NCBI GenBank assembly: GCA_963703895.1
Contig: CAVPFX010000003.1
Span: 139,049-203,048, forward strand
DNA length: 64,000 bases
Source: an uncultured Solirubrobacterales bacterium
GTDB taxonomy: Bacteria > Actinomycetota > Thermoleophilia > Solirubrobacterales > 70-9
Direction: 5' to 3'
In this document: in pieces, positions 39,504-48,476 of the stretch
How the letters are laid out: every line of letters begins with the position of its first letter
How positions within the stretch are numbered: position 1 is the stretch's first letter
Notes under the pieces: model-generated
What the model was told of the DNA's origin: nothing
Database searches by the model: none
What the model saw: the letters and a program-made list of their open reading frames with translations, nothing else
Position numbers and translations under genes: made by a program

Positions 39504-40388
39504 CTATGGGTTTTCTTCGTTGTTGAGGCGCACGGCAGCGGCGGCGGCGATGTAGATCGTGTTGTTGAGGATCGCCGTGTTGTTGCCGGCTGTCGTGGTG
39601 CCCAGCTGCGCGTTGATGATCGGGTCGACGAGGAAGGAGAGGATCCCTCCGCAGCCGGCCGCTTTGGGCGCAGACCAGGCGTTGTCGACCAGCTTGGCTT
39701 CTTTGAGGAAGGCGATCGAGCCTTCGGCAAGGAATTCGATGAAGCCCGCTTTGCCGGTGATTTTGCCGTTCGGCGCCGGTGGGGCGGTGGTGCCCGTGGT
39801 CAGGTTCCAGGTGATCGGCGACGTGGAGGATCCCACGAAGCAGTTTTTGCCCAGGAAGGGGTTTTCCAGGTGCACCTTGACCGGCATTTTCAGCGCCACG
39901 CCTTCTTCGGAGGCGAGGTTGTTTTCCGAGACCCTGATTTCGGTCGCGGGCTTGGCCAGTTCGAGGGTCGAGTTGACCCCGGTCAGGCTGTTTTCAAGGA
40001 AGAATTTGATCAGCGCTTTGACCAGGAACGGCGAGGAGGCGTCGGGCACGATGCCGAGCAGCCCGCCGGGGACGTTTTGCGGCGCTTTGGAGAGCGTGAT
40101 GCCGTTGGCGGCAGCGAAGAAGGGCGCGATGCCTTCGACCTGTTTACCGGCACCGCCCTGCAGCACCACCGCTTTTTCGATCGGCACTTTCTTTTTGCCG
40201 AGCACCACTTCGCCTGAGGTGGTCGTCGAGAGCAGGCATTTTTTGACTTCCAGGTTGGTGTAGGGGCACTGGGCGAATCTGGTGTAGTCGCCGGTCAGTT
40301 TGGCCTGTGCCACACCGGCCAGACCGAGCGCGGCGAGCGCAACGGCAAGAAGCGCCGTCGCCAGCGCCCTCCCTCTGTGCTTTTGCAT
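39504..40388 (-). CDS. exported protein, paralog family 2 ('B')
   Basis: Signal peptide LAVALAALGLAGVAQA|KLTGDY. Collinear with 37077..38006 (QCPY.NLEVKKC.LS, ITGKAGFIEFLAEGSIAFLKEAKLVDNAWSAP). Confidence 0.8.
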   Translation of the reverse strand: MQKHRGRALATALLAVALAALGLAGVAQAKLTGDYTRFAQCPYTNLEVKKCLLSTTTSGEVVLGKKKVPIEKAVVLQGGAGKQVEGIAPFFAAANGITLSKAPQNVPGGLLGIVPDASSPFLVKALIKFFLENSLTGVNSTLELAKPATEIRVSENNLASEEGVALKMPVKVHLENPFLGKNCFVGSSTSPITWNLTTGTTAPPAPNGKITGKAGFIEFLAEGSIAFLKEAKLVDNAWSAPKAAGCGGILSFLVDPIINAQLGTTTAGNNTAILNNTIYIAAAAAVRLNNEENP

Positions 40389-40427
40389 GACTCTTATCTC
40401 CTGTCTTCATTTGCTCGATGGACTGGG
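40389..40427 (-). promoter_or_regulatory. conserved 5' leader/RBS shared with 25178..25214
   Basis: See 25178..25214. Here it sits in the 71-nt gap between the stop of the 1124-aa gene and the start of gene B. Confidence 0.6.
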
Positions 40428-40459
40428 ACATGTGCTGCGGTGAAGCTCTGTGGGGCGGG

Positions 40460-43400
40460 CTAGGCGCCTTTCCCCTTCTTGGCGCCGCCCTTCCCTTTTT
40501 TCCCGCCTCCGCCCTTCTTCCCCCCGCACTGCGCCTGCATCTGCGGCATCGAGTCGGAGACCTTGCCGCTTTGGGCGTCGAGGGCGAGGGTGGCGCGATG
40601 GACGCCCTTGCAGATGTCGGTCGAGTTCTGGAAGAGGCCCTTCTTGGCGCCCTGGGCGGTGAGGAGGACCTTCGACAGCGGCGCGTCGGGGACCGATTCG
40701 AAGCGCACCCGCAGGCCGCCTTTGACCGAGTCCACCCGCCCCGCGGCCTCGAAGAAGAGCGGCTGGTAGGCGGGGCCGCGCAAGACCAAGACCGCGTCGG
40801 GCAGCTTGTGGGAGGAGGAGCGCAGGTAGACCGGGCCTTCCAGGGGGTAGTCCAGCAGCGGGCTGAAGGCGCGCACGTGGCCGTAGACCGAGCCCGCCGG
40901 GCACTGGTTGGCGGCGAACTGCACGCGGGTGCAGATCGTGCGGAAGTGGGCCTGGTCGATGAACTCCGATTTGGGGAAGGTGAAGGAGATCGCCGCGGTG
41001 TTGGCTTCGCCCGCCTTGGCGGTGAAGACGCTCTTCAGTCGCGGGTGCCCGCCGCGGTGGGTCGGGCCGAAGAGCTTCGCGGTCAGCTTTGGCTTGTAGG
41101 GGAGGGACTTGCAGCCGCCGACCTGGAAGCGCTGGGCGAGCGGGGCGGCCTGCCCGAGGGTGGAGATCGCCTGCCCGCCGAAGGACTTCTCCGCGCAGGA
41201 GGTCGGGTTGAGGGTGAAGCCGGGGCGATCGGCGCGCACCGCGACCGAGCGCAGGTCGATCGGCACCCCCTGCAGGATCTGGGGCAGGGGATCGGAGACG
41301 ACGCGGCCCTGGGCGGTGACGGGATCGAGGTAGAGGGCGCTTCTGATCACCACCGTGCCGAGGTCGAAGGGCCCGGCGATCGCCGGGACGATCGCCACCA
41401 GGCTGATCGGGGCGCCTTTGTAGGGGCCGGCCAGGTAGGCGCGACCGGAGGTGTAGTAGGGGGTCGGGCCGGCGCCGGCGGCGCCGAGCACGCTGGCGAT
41501 CTCAGAGGAGGCGGGGCAGCTGGGGTCGGCGAGCTCGAGCGCGCCTTGCTCGGGGGCTTCGCGCGAGCGCGCCTTGGCGATGTCCTGCTCAGAGCAGCTG
41601 GCGACGCCGGCGAGCTTGGCCGAGAGCCCGGTGGGCAGGGTCGCTTCGATCCGCCCGATCCGCTGGGAGCCGTCTTCGCGGCTGAGCTTGAACAGCAGCG
41701 GGCTGTACTTGCCGGCGGCGGGATTGAGCGTGCCGGCGGAGAGCTTGGGGGCGTTTGGCATCTGCGCCTCTGCGGCGGGGCAGGCCCCGCCGCTGGGGGC
41801 GGCGGCGATGGCGAAGGAGCTGGCCGGGGTGGCCTGGGCCCCGCTCCAGGCGCCCAGCTCGGCGGCGGTTGAGTAGTTGCCGCAGGTTGGCGGGGTGATG
41901 AAGGCCCCGCGCGGGCCGCCGAAGAGGTGGACCGAGACCTCGCTCAGCGGCATCTCGGGGCTTTCGCGAAAGGAGGTCGAGACCTGGCCGCTTTGGGGGT
42001 CGAGGTGGCCCTCGCCGGCCAGCTTGGCGACGATGCCTGTCTTCGGGTCTTCGATCGCCAGGTAGACGGCGATGAGGGAGCCGAAGGGGTTTTGGAAGGG
42101 CTGGGCGATGTAGATCGAGCCCTGAAGGGGCTCGAGGATCGCCTCGCCTTCTTCTTCTTCGACTTCGTGGTCGGCGTTTCTGCGCACCAGCGCCGGCGAG
42201 GTGACCTCGACCGTGCCGAGCTTTGCCGCATTGGGGCAGCTTTGCGGATCGTCGGAGAAGTGCGGGGTCCCCCCGCTCGAGCTCAGGTAGCCGATCTGAG
42301 ACAAGGAGCAGGCGCCGAGGCCGCCGGCCTGGGAGGGGTTGACGACCATCCCGGCGGGGAAGCGGACCGTGGCGTCCTTGAGGATCGCCGGCGAGCGCGA
42401 CTCGAAGGCGGTGTCGGTGGGCTGGCGCAGGGTGAAGTCGAGGCCCGAGGGCGAGTCGGAGACGTCGGTCGTTGGCTGGGCTTCGATCGCCGGCTCGAAC
42501 TCCAGCTCATCGCAGCCTTCCAGCAGGGCCGGGTCGCCGCCGAGACCGGCGCTTTCATAGCTGGCGCGCTGCAGGGCGGCGGGCGGGCTCGGTTCCTCCC
42601 AGCTGTCGGCGAGGACTTCGAACAGCGAGGGCTGCCCGGTGCACTCGCCGGGCATTGCCAGGAAGGCCTCGCCGCGGTCTTCGACCGGGCAGGCGCCGCC
42701 GAAGGTGCCGCATCTGCCGCGGATCTCGTCGTGGGCGGCCTCGGTGGGGTTGCCCCAGACCTGGGCTTGGACGTTGAAGATCGGCTGCTGGCCGAAGGCG
42801 ATCACGTCGCGGGTGGCGACCTGCACGCCGTAGTCGCTCTCGCTGCGCAAGGAGCCCTGGGCGTGGACGAAGACGCCGATGTTGGCGACGTTGGTCGCTA
42901 CCTCGGCGGCCGCGCCGGGGGGTGGGACCATGTTGTAGAGGTTTGAGGTGAGGACGTCGGAGATGCCGACTTCTCCGGCCAGGGTGGTGACGTCTGTGAC
43001 GCCGACCTGGGAGGCGTCGGGGCAGCCCTCGGAGCTAACTAGCTCGGCCTCGGTGCAAAGCGCCTTGGAGGCGCCGGGGAAGCCGACCATGCCGCGTGGC
43101 AGCTCGACGTAGAAGTTGCGGGGATGGCCGTCGTTGGTGACGCCGTCGCCGGGGTTCTTGGTCGGGAAGCCGAAGAAGACCGTCTGTTGGTAGGGGTGGG
43201 CGCCGGCGAGCAGCTCGGCTTCGGCGTCCTCGTCGGTGGCGGGGGCTTTGAAGCCCGGCAGGAAGTCGAAGGGGACCGCGTCTTCTTGCACCGGGGTCGG
43301 CGAGGAGGCGGCGATCGCCTGGGTGGCGCCGCCGCCGGAGATCGTCGCTTGCGTTGTGAGCACTTCCTCGGGCGCTCCGCTTGGGATCGTCACCCCGACT

Positions 43401-43834
43401 TTGACCCGGAAGAGGTAGCCGGGGTGGAAGGCTTCGGCGGTCTTGCAGGTGACCACCTGGCCGAGCGCGGTGCAGGTGGGCTCGTTCGGTGCTTCGGGGT
43501 CGGTGTTGCCGGCGTTGAAGGTGCTGACCGCCATCCCGGCGGGGATCGTCACTTTGACTTCGGTTTCCCCCGTGGTGGGGGCGGCGCCGACGTTGGCGGC
43601 GACTACCGCGTATTCGGATTCCTGGCCGGGGGCGAAGTTGGCCGGCAGCGGGGAGATCGCCAGGGTCCAGCCCGGGGCGGCGGCGCGGACGCTGGCTGGG
43701 GAGAGCACGCCGCCGCCCACGAGGATGGCGGTTCCAAAAACACACGCTAGCATAAACCGTGTGAATCGCAAAGATTTCATAGAAAAATCTGAAATAGAAC
43801 CTTTAGAATCGAAGACAAGTCGAAAGCCACTCAT
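40460..43834 (-). CDS. 1124-aa exported protein; DUF11/CARDB-like N-terminal domain; Lys/Gly-rich C-terminal tail
   Basis: GGAGG lies 9 nt upstream of ATG 43834. Hydrophobic signal region RFMLACVFGTAILVGGGVLSPASVRA. The pattern PGQESEYAVVAANVGAAPTTGETEVKVTIPAGM...CTALGQVVTC resembles DUF11 repeats. Ends QCGGKKGGGGKKGKGGAKKGKGA. Confidence 0.75.
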   Translation of the reverse strand: MSGFRLVFDSKGSISDFSMKSLRFTRFMLACVFGTAILVGGGVLSPASVRAAAPGWTLAISPLPANFAPGQESEYAVVAANVGAAPTTGETEVKVTIPAGMAVSTFNAGNTDPEAPNEPTCTALGQVVTCKTAEAFHPGYLFRVKVGVTIPSGAPEEVLTTQATISGGGATQAIAASSPTPVQEDAVPFDFLPGFKAPATDEDAEAELLAGAHPYQQTVFFGFPTKNPGDGVTNDGHPRNFYVELPRGMVGFPGASKALCTEAELVSSEGCPDASQVGVTDVTTLAGEVGISDVLTSNLYNMVPPPGAAAEVATNVANIGVFVHAQGSLRSESDYGVQVATRDVIAFGQQPIFNVQAQVWGNPTEAAHDEIRGRCGTFGGACPVEDRGEAFLAMPGECTGQPSLFEVLADSWEEPSPPAALQRASYESAGLGGDPALLEGCDELEFEPAIEAQPTTDVSDSPSGLDFTLRQPTDTAFESRSPAILKDATVRFPAGMVVNPSQAGGLGACSLSQIGYLSSSGGTPHFSDDPQSCPNAAKLGTVEVTSPALVRRNADHEVEEEEGEAILEPLQGSIYIAQPFQNPFGSLIAVYLAIEDPKTGIVAKLAGEGHLDPQSGQVSTSFRESPEMPLSEVSVHLFGGPRGAFITPPTCGNYSTAAELGAWSGAQATPASSFAIAAAPSGGACPAAEAQMPNAPKLSAGTLNPAAGKYSPLLFKLSREDGSQRIGRIEATLPTGLSAKLAGVASCSEQDIAKARSREAPEQGALELADPSCPASSEIASVLGAAGAGPTPYYTSGRAYLAGPYKGAPISLVAIVPAIAGPFDLGTVVIRSALYLDPVTAQGRVVSDPLPQILQGVPIDLRSVAVRADRPGFTLNPTSCAEKSFGGQAISTLGQAAPLAQRFQVGGCKSLPYKPKLTAKLFGPTHRGGHPRLKSVFTAKAGEANTAAISFTFPKSEFIDQAHFRTICTRVQFAANQCPAGSVYGHVRAFSPLLDYPLEGPVYLRSSSHKLPDAVLVLRGPAYQPLFFEAAGRVDSVKGGLRVRFESVPDAPLSKVLLTAQGAKKGLFQNSTDICKGVHRATLALDAQSGKVSDSMPQMQAQCGGKKGGGGKKGKGGAKKGKGA

Positions 43835-46800
43835 TTGTGCTGTCCTCCGTTACCACTAGCTCGTTGATGTGACTTACGATGCTTGGGCTTGCCGGCTTTC
43901 TTCTTCACGCATTTGCCGCCGCGCCTCACCTTGCCTTTCGGGCAAGAACCTTTCTTGTGCTTTTGAGCCTCGTTGCCGGGGCCGACGAAGGTGGCGCTTC
44001 CTGCGCTTTGTTCTGAGGGGGCCCCAGGGGCTGCCCCGTGGCAGGATTCGGTGCTCAGGCAGGGGTTGGGCGGCGGTGGGTTCTGGGCGGCAAGGCCCCC
44101 TCCCACCCTGGCGTCATAGACGTCTTGCAGTTCGTCTGTGTCTTGGCCCACTAGTCCCTCGCGGGTGAAGAAGAAGACGTCGTCTCCCGTCTCGGAGGCG
44201 TCGGCGAAGAGCGAGGGGAAGGGGCTTTTGCCGGTGGAGATCAGGTAGACGCAGCCTTCGTTTAGGGGGGACCAGGCCGCCCCGCCTTCACTGCAGCTCC
44301 CCTTGCCGGGGGCCTCCCACTCGTAGACGTCTAGACAGGCGGGGGTGCTTATGAGGAAAGGACACCCCCCTTCTCCGTTGGTATCGGCGGGCACCAGCGC
44401 TTCCGCCGTCTCGAAGAAGGCGCGGCTGCCGTCGGCGGAGAGGTTGCGGGAGGCAACCGAGGTGGATCCGGCCAACGCCGGCGCTATAGAACCGGGGAAA
44501 CCAATGGACCCTAGTTTCGGCCCTTTGCCCACCGCTTCCCCGCTCGGCGGGCAGCTAACGCAGGCGAGCTTGCCGTCGCTCGCCGAGTAGCGGTAGAGCT
44601 CGGAGACGCCTTCGTTGTCGTAGGGCGTGAGCTTTTCCTGGGAGCGGAAGAGCAGGACTTCCCCATCCTTGCTGACGAAGGCGGTCTTCGGGGTGTAGCC
44701 GGCGGTGGCGAAGAGCTCTTCCGGCGTGCCGGTCCAGTCGAGAGAGTCCGATCCCTTAACCCGCCCGACGAAGCCAATCGCTCCGTCCTGCCAGAGGTAG
44801 ATATTGCAGCTGCCGCCCTGGGAAACTACAATCCCCGAACAGGTCCCTTTGGCTGCCGACCCTGCTCCGTCGAGGTCCCCGTTGGCGGCAAAGTAAACCC
44901 GCGAACCATCTTCTGAAGCACCCAACACGCCCTGCACTTCGGCGCCGTTGCCGGCAGGCAGGGGGGTCAGATCCTCAAGCGCATCCGTGCTCGGTTCGTA
45001 GCGGTAGAGGTCGCTGCCGGGGTTGGAGGGAGCTTCGCCGTTTACCGACCAATAGAGATGAGAGGAGCTGGCGGCGAGACCGAAGAGCTTGCCCGCGGGC
45101 TTGAGAAATTCTTTGTCACAGCTACCTATCGTTTCGCAACCGCCTAGTGGGGGGAAATCGCTCAGCGGAATAACCCCAATCGCTTCTTCACCCTGCGTCG
45201 CCCAATAGACCTGCGTGGCACTGACAGCAACTCCCCGAAGTCCTGCCTTGCCGATGCCGAGGAATTCTTCCGTTCCTCCTTCCAAGGGCAACCGGCTGAC
45301 AAAGCCATTGTCGCCTATGTCTTCATTGAGACTGAAGTAGACATGGCTGGCGCTCAAAGCCACCCCGTAAGGCGCCGTACTGGTGTCCACTGAGAAGAAT
45401 TCCTGCTGAACTTCACCGCCTCCGATCGTCGCCCGTCCGATTGATCTCAGAAGCGGGTTTATCGCCGCGTTGGCCCAATACACATGTGTCGCGTTGGTCG
45501 CGACACCCTGCGGGTTGGAGGCGCCGCAGATGAAGTCGGGGTCGGGGCTTTCTCCGTTCAGGTCAGCACGTCCGATCGTGCCGCCGCCGTCAAGGGGTTC
45601 TCCGTTTTCTTTCAGCACACCGGTATTGGTCCAGTAGATGTGGGCCGCATCGACGGCGAGGTAGCGGGGCTTGCTCGGCGCCGGGATCGGTTCGAAGACG
45701 CCGGGTTCGCCTTCGACTTCAAATTCGCATCCGCTTTGGCCGGGGACGATGAAGTCGTCTTCGATGCTGTTCGGGTCCCCGTCAAGGTCGGCGCGGCCGA
45801 TTCTTTCCCCGATCGGGTCTGCCCAGTAGACGTGTTCTGAGTCGACAGCTATGCCCACCGCGCGTTTGGGGATGAAGGTGGCGTCTTCGACCACGCCGGT
45901 CACGACGTTGCCGGTGCCTATCGCCGGGGCGGGCTGTTCGGGTCCGGTGTTGGCGTCGTTGGTCAGCTTCTCCGAGGAGGCGAAGAAGGCTTCGGATCCA
46001 TCGGCGCTTGCCGCCTGGAAGGCGGCGGGCTGGGCGCCTACGGAGTCGGTGCCGTTGGGGCCTTGACCGTTATCCTTTTGGGAGGCTGAGACGTGGATTG
46101 TGCAAGCGTCTTCGGCTTTGATGCACTTGCCTTCGCCGTCAAGGTCGCTTTGGGGATTGGTCGGGTTGAGGCGAAGGTAGAGCTGCCCGGTGCCCCCTTC
46201 GGTGAAGTAGATGTCGCCGGAGGTAGTGATCGAGTGAGTACCTTCCAGGTAGGCGCCGGAGGCGGCGCCACCGGCGCTGAGAGTGCGGGCGTCGGTGCCC
46301 CTGGACCAGCCGTAAGGACCGGCACGGGTGCCTTTGGGTGGCGCTTTGCCGTCATTCAGGACTCCTGCCAGAGAGAGTCGACCACTCGAGCGATCCCAGG
46401 CATAGAGGTTGGGTTTGCCTTGGATCGCCGCCGTGATGGGTTGTTCGCCTTCTATGGGGGCTAGCTTGGCCGGGGATTCGAAGAAGACGATCGAGGCGTC
46501 GGGATTGGTGCCAGCGTAGGAGTATTCGGCATTAGGGGTATAGGGGCCGACCACTGTTGCCGGACCACCGGTGGTGGACTGCATGAGCAGAGCTTTGAGC
46601 CGGGGAGTCTCGAGCTTCGCGACGCCGGTGAAGGTCTCGGAGAGATCGGGCAGCCACCCCTGCATCTGAGCGCGCTCGCCGAAGAGCGGCGGGGGCAAAA
46701 GGCCCTGGGTCGACCAGCCGCCAGAGCCTCGCATCGCCAGGTAGGTCGGCAGGGCTTGGGCCCCTTTGCCGCCGGGGATGCCGAAGGTGCTCTGGAAGGT

Positions 46801-47346
46801 GATGCCACCGCCGCCGTCCGCAGCTTTGACCAAGCCCAGTTTGCCGACGGCGTCGCCACCGTCCTTGTCAACTGGCGAGGACTGCTCATAGCCTCGGGCA
46901 TCGGGCAGGCCCGTCGAGGGGGTGCCTCGGGTGGCGAAGACATGATCGGCTCCTGTGGTTTTCCCGTCGCCGTTTGTTGCCACCAGGCGGTAGTGGTAGA
47001 TCGTGTCCGGAGCGAGGCCTTCCAAGGAGACTTCAACCGGCACCGGCGAGCTGCCGGCAGGGATCGTTACTTCGGGTGTCGGGATGCTCATGCAGGCGCT
47101 CGTCGCGCAATCGGATATGCCGAACTCAAAGTGCCAGCGAGTCTGTTTGCCCTGCGGGTTTACCTGGGCTTCAAGCGTGGCCTGGCCTGCGCCAATCCCT
47201 GAGGCCTTCACACCGTTGATCTGGGGCGCGATCGCGAAGGCACCCTCAGCGAAGAGGGCCGAGACCCACAATGCCACCAGCGCGACCAAAACCATCCGGA
47301 GAGTCCTCCCTCCTTCCCCCTGCACTCCCGACTTCATCACCTTCAT
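43831..47346 (-). CDS. 1171-aa exported protein: FN3-like N-terminus, TolB/PD40-like repeats, six YWTD-type (LDL-receptor class B-like) blades, basic Cys/Lys C-terminal tail
   Basis: Signal peptide MVLVALVALWVSALFAEGAFA. IYHYRLVATNGDGKTTG (FN3-like). HVYWADPIGERIGRADLDG, HIYWTN...IGRADLNG, HVYWAN, HVYFS, QVYWAT, HLYWS (YWxD...I.RA.LDG pattern). DGSEAFFASSEKL, DGSRVYFAANGDL, DGSRAFFETAEAL (PD40-like). Tail KKGSCPKGKVRRGGKCVKKKAGKPKHRK. Confidence 0.75.
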   Translation of the reverse strand: MKVMKSGVQGEGGRTLRMVLVALVALWVSALFAEGAFAIAPQINGVKASGIGAGQATLEAQVNPQGKQTRWHFEFGISDCATSACMSIPTPEVTIPAGSSPVPVEVSLEGLAPDTIYHYRLVATNGDGKTTGADHVFATRGTPSTGLPDARGYEQSSPVDKDGGDAVGKLGLVKAADGGGGITFQSTFGIPGGKGAQALPTYLAMRGSGGWSTQGLLPPPLFGERAQMQGWLPDLSETFTGVAKLETPRLKALLMQSTTGGPATVVGPYTPNAEYSYAGTNPDASIVFFESPAKLAPIEGEQPITAAIQGKPNLYAWDRSSGRLSLAGVLNDGKAPPKGTRAGPYGWSRGTDARTLSAGGAASGAYLEGTHSITTSGDIYFTEGGTGQLYLRLNPTNPQSDLDGEGKCIKAEDACTIHVSASQKDNGQGPNGTDSVGAQPAAFQAASADGSEAFFASSEKLTNDANTGPEQPAPAIGTGNVVTGVVEDATFIPKRAVGIAVDSEHVYWADPIGERIGRADLDGDPNSIEDDFIVPGQSGCEFEVEGEPGVFEPIPAPSKPRYLAVDAAHIYWTNTGVLKENGEPLDGGGTIGRADLNGESPDPDFICGASNPQGVATNATHVYWANAAINPLLRSIGRATIGGGEVQQEFFSVDTSTAPYGVALSASHVYFSLNEDIGDNGFVSRLPLEGGTEEFLGIGKAGLRGVAVSATQVYWATQGEEAIGVIPLSDFPPLGGCETIGSCDKEFLKPAGKLFGLAASSSHLYWSVNGEAPSNPGSDLYRYEPSTDALEDLTPLPAGNGAEVQGVLGASEDGSRVYFAANGDLDGAGSAAKGTCSGIVVSQGGSCNIYLWQDGAIGFVGRVKGSDSLDWTGTPEELFATAGYTPKTAFVSKDGEVLLFRSQEKLTPYDNEGVSELYRYSASDGKLACVSCPPSGEAVGKGPKLGSIGFPGSIAPALAGSTSVASRNLSADGSRAFFETAEALVPADTNGEGGCPFLISTPACLDVYEWEAPGKGSCSEGGAAWSPLNEGCVYLISTGKSPFPSLFADASETGDDVFFFTREGLVGQDTDELQDVYDARVGGGLAAQNPPPPNPCLSTESCHGAAPGAPSEQSAGSATFVGPGNEAQKHKKGSCPKGKVRRGGKCVKKKAGKPKHRKSHQRASGNGGQHK

Positions 47347-47459
47347 ACCTGCCTTTCTCCCTGGTCATCTACGGGGCCCAGGCCGCGCCAGCGGCGCGGC
47401 CTGGGCCGGTGAATCATCGCTTCATTACGACTGATTTTTTGCTGCGTACTACGGATTTC

Positions 47460-48200
47460 TCATGCAGGTAAGCCGGACCAGTTCAAGCCTTTATGGGTAG
47501 CGCCAGCAAGTTCAGCTAGGGCACTACCGTCGAGGGTGGCCGGAACGCTAAGTGCTTCCAGGCTCGTTAACGAATGCGATTCAATTAAATGCGTTTTCGC
47601 TTCAGTTTTGAACGATACCGCACCTTTACAATCCTTAATGAACAGTTTACCCGTCACTTTAACTTCTTCGCCAATCGAGCAAAATTCGCCCATCCTAATG
47701 GTGGCGAAAGGCCCGCCTACTACATCCGGGCTAATCTGCACTATTCCTTCTTTGACCCCACCAGTTTCATGTAAGACGATTAAGCCGGTGGCTTTCTCGG
47801 ATTCAATTAAGCCGGGAGTTTTAACTCCCCCAGGCAAACTGAATGGTTCGCAATTTTTCGATATCACACCATTTAGCTTAGTAATGCATCCGTGGAATAT
47901 CGCTTTACCTAATGAGAGTGAACCTTCTAATAAGAGCTTAACATTTTCCGCGAGGGTTATGCTTGTGCATAAGAACTCAACTTTGGTACCAGATTTAAGC
48001 GTTAGTAACAGGCTCGCTGTTTTGTTCTCCACTTCCGTGACCTGAACTTCAGGTAATAAGACATCTGAGGTCATGGTAACGCCGTTGACCATCCATTTAG
48101 CTTCTTTTTCCGCCTGAGCGGCGCTGGTACCAAACGCCATCAGGCCGAGGACGAGGCCGCTCAGCACGAGCGCCTTGAGTCCTAGTCTTGATCGAATCAT
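47460..48200 (-). CDS. exported protein, paralog family 1, AT-rich member ('A')
   Basis: Signal peptide LVLSGLVLGLMAFGTSAAQA. GEFCSIGEEVKVTGKLFIKDC and GLNWSGLPA. Paralog of 36080..36856. Confidence 0.75.
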   Translation of the reverse strand: MIRSRLGLKALVLSGLVLGLMAFGTSAAQAEKEAKWMVNGVTMTSDVLLPEVQVTEVENKTASLLLTLKSGTKVEFLCTSITLAENVKLLLEGSLSLGKAIFHGCITKLNGVISKNCEPFSLPGGVKTPGLIESEKATGLIVLHETGGVKEGIVQISPDVVGGPFATIRMGEFCSIGEEVKVTGKLFIKDCKGAVSFKTEAKTHLIESHSLTSLEALSVPATLDGSALAELAGATHKGLNWSGLPA

Positions 48201-48476
48201 TCTTTGATTCCTCTCACATTGAATTACGGTCGACGCAGATCTTCTGCGCCATGCAGAGGTTGAACTCCGCCCGTAGCTTCCCGGCCGGGGCTTCCCTGCA
48301 CGGGTACGAGAGTCTCACTGAATGAACATAGGTCAAGCACTTGGCAGCTTTGGTTTTATAGAGTGCCAATTGGATCTGCTTTTGGCTCTCTATGGGTCTT
48401 TGGCGAAGTCATAAAACCAACAGATGTAAAACAGGGGTCCTCGAGTTTTGGGCGCAGAGTCAGCACGATCAGGGGT

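Noticed and set aside
36080-47346. Island proteins as sortase-anchored pilins or multihaem cytochromes
   Set aside because: Reading the translations by eye found no LPxTG-type C-terminal sorting signal and no CxxCH motif. The nearest strings are LPTGL and CLSTESCH, and neither fits.
48233-48250. Small palindrome CGCAGA-TCT-TCTGCG upstream of gene A as a TetR operator
   Set aside because: It has only 6-bp arms and a single occurrence, which is within chance expectation. The CTAG-rich array at 49864-49918 is the better operator candidate.
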